NCBI GenBank assembly: GCA_038087875.1
Contig: JAXLNO010000050.1
Coordinates: 62,001-126,000 of the forward strand
Direction of reading: 5' to 3'
Origin: Malacoraja senta
Taxonomy: Eukaryota
DNA length: 64,000 nt
Shown: one piece after another, positions 61,952-64,000 of the stretch
How the letters are laid out: every line of letters begins with the position of its first letter
Position numbering within the stretch: position 1 is the stretch's first letter
Translations under genes and position numbers: made by a program
Notes under the pieces: generated by a model
The model's database searches: none
What the model saw: only the letters and a program-made list of their open reading frames with translations
Told to the model about the DNA's origin: nothing

Positions 61952-64000
61952 TCCCCTCTCCACTCCTCTCCTCCCCTCTCCAATCCCATCCTCTCTCTCC
62001 CCACTCTTGAAATCCCAGCACCAAAGATCACTGCAATATGGTGTAGGTGTGAGATTGTCTCCCCCCCTCTCCACTCCCTCCCTCCCTCCCTCTCTCTCCC
62101 CTCAAATCCAGCACCAGATCATTGCAATATTGACTAGGTGAGAGATTGTCTCCTCTCCTCTCCCCCATCTCCCACTCCCTCCATCTCTCCCCTTTCCCCC
62201 TCACCTCTATTCTCTCCTCTCCTTTTACCTCTCCTCTCTCTTCTGCTTTCCTCCCCTCTCCTCACGCCCCTCCCCTCCCCTTTTCTTTCCCCTCCTCTCT
62301 ACTCCTCGCCTCTCCCCTTCCCTCTTCTCACCTCCCCACATCTCTCACCCTCCCCTCAAATCCAGCACAAAGATAATTGTAATATAGGGGGAGGTGAGAG
62401 AATGAATTCTCCTCTCCTCTCCCTCTCATCTTTTCTCCTGCCCTCACCTCTCCCCTTTTCCTCATCTACTCCTCACATCTCTTTTCTTCCCCTCTCCTCA
62501 ACTACCCTCCTTTGGTCCCTCTCCCTCTCTCCCCCTCCACTCAAATCCAGCAAATATTTGCAATATGGTGGTGAGATTATCTCCTCTCCTCGTCTACTCT
62601 CCTCATCACCTCTCCCCTCTACTCACCGCTCCTGTCCCTTCTATCCTACGTTCCTCTCACCTCCTCTCCTCTTCCTCCCTCTCCTCCCATCACCTATCAT
62701 ATTCTACTCTTCCATCTCCCTCCCTTCCCCTCATCTCCTCTCCTCACATCTCCGCTCCTCTCCCACCCTGTCCACCCATCCCTTCTCCTCCCCTCCCCTC
62801 CACTACTCTCCTATCCTCCCCCCATCTCCTATCACCTCATCCTTCCCCCTTCCTTACCCGCTCCCCTCCCCTCATATCCAGCACCAAAGATAATTGTGGA
62901 TAGATTGTCTCCTGTCCTCTTCTCACTACTCCCTTCCTCCCCTCTCGCCCCTCCCCTCCGCTCTTCTCCCTCCTCCCTCTCTCACCTCTGCTCTCTCTCC
63001 TCGCCTCCCTTCTCTCAAACCCTCCTCCCCCTCCCTTCCTCACCTCTCCTCTCCTCTCCTCCCCTCCTATCCTCTCCTGTCCTTACCTATTCTCCCCTCT
63101 CCCCGCATATACTCCTCTCATCTCCTCCCCTCACCTCTCCCATACCTCCCCTCTCCTCTCTTATCCCCTCCCCCCCGTCCTCTCTCCTCTCCTCTACCCC
63201 CATCTTCACTACCCTTCAATCCCCCTCCTGCTCCCTCCTCTGCTGTCCTTTTTCCTATTCCCCTTTCCCCACCAGTTGTCCGGTCTCCTCTATTTTCCTC
63301 CCCTCTCCTCTCCATCAACTCCACTCCTCTCCACCCATCTCAGCTCCTCTACTATCATCTCCTTCCCTCCCGTCCCCTCCTCTCCCTCTTATCCCCTCCG
63401 AACTCTTCCCTCCTCTCATCACCCATTTCATCCCCTCCTCTCCTCCTCTTTCCTCCCCTCCCTCTCCCCTCCCCACCAATGCAGCACCAAACATAATTGT
63501 AATATGGTGCAAGTGAGTGATTGTCTCCTCTCCTCATCAGACCTCTTCTCTCCTCCCCTCCCCATGTCATCCCCTCCTCCCCAACCCCCCCCCCTCTCTC
63601 TCTCTCTCTCTCCCTGCCCTGAAATCCAGCACCAAAGATAAATGTAAAATGGTGCAGGTGAGAGATTGTGTACATTCCTCATCTCGTCTCCTCCTCTTTC
63701 CAACCTCCCCTCTCCTCTCCGCTCTGATCTCCTCCCCTCCTCACTCCTCCATTTCCTCTCCCTCTCTCCCCTACCCTCAAATCCAGCACCAAAGATAATG
63801 TAATATGGTGCTGATAGATTGTTCAAACCTCCCCTCTACCCTACCCTCCCTCCCCTTGCCCCCTATCCTCTCCTCCCCTCTCCTCTCCCTACTCCTGTGC
63901 TCTCCTCCCCCTCCGCTCCCCACTCTTCTCCTCTCCCCTCCATGCCTTTCCTCAACTGCTCTCCTCTCCTACCTCTCCAATCCCCTCTCTTCTCCTCTCC
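61952..64000. repeat. C/T-rich low-complexity array punctuated by 8 copies of a ~50-bp conserved unit
   Basis: Unit consensus CTCAAATCCAGCACCAAAGATAATTGTAATATGGTGCAGGTGAGAGATTGTCT at ~62009, 62101, 62355, 62540, 62871, 63477, 63619 and 63776. Confidence 0.9.

Noticed and set aside
61952..64000. CRISPR-like repeat-spacer appearance and long Pro/Ser/Leu-rich ORFs
   Set aside because: Spacers are low-complexity and vary widely in length, repeats are degenerate, there are no cas genes and the context is vertebrate. The ORFs arise because C/T tracts lack stop codons.

Overview
Vertebrate genomic DNA, very probably a cartilaginous fish (skate/ray-like), inferred from HE1-like V-SINEs and CR1/HER1-type LINE debris. 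Most of the window is transposable-element derived. The only host gene I can support is TADA1 (SAGA histone-fold subunit) on the minus strand: five internal exons (2-6; 42861 to 28502) with canonical GT-AG boundaries and an open frame, but with radical substitutions at normally conserved residues; exons 1, 7 and 8 were not found. Mobile elements: a young CR1 rearranged by a deletion-duplication (1-5892), a full-length L1 with target-site duplication (12.46-18.73 kb), three DIRS tyrosine-recombinase retrotransposons, two truncated Gypsy elements, a Rex1/Babar LINE, an Ingi/Vingi-like fragment, Penelope fragments, hAT and Harbinger MITEs, a probable Helitron with a 69-bp minisatellite, and many SINEs. 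Most interesting signals: (1) a dispersed short Penelope-derived module carrying a minimal hammerhead-ribozyme core, sometimes as fold-back pairs; (2) a conserved uORF / double splice donor / acceptor leader in the DIRS elements that could supply the missing ATG to the recombinase by splicing; (3) nested segmental duplications supported by a split TSD and an empty insertion site; (4) a polypyrimidine array punctuated by a conserved hairpin / micro-exon-like unit. All alignments were done by eye, and boundaries of degenerate elements are approximate.
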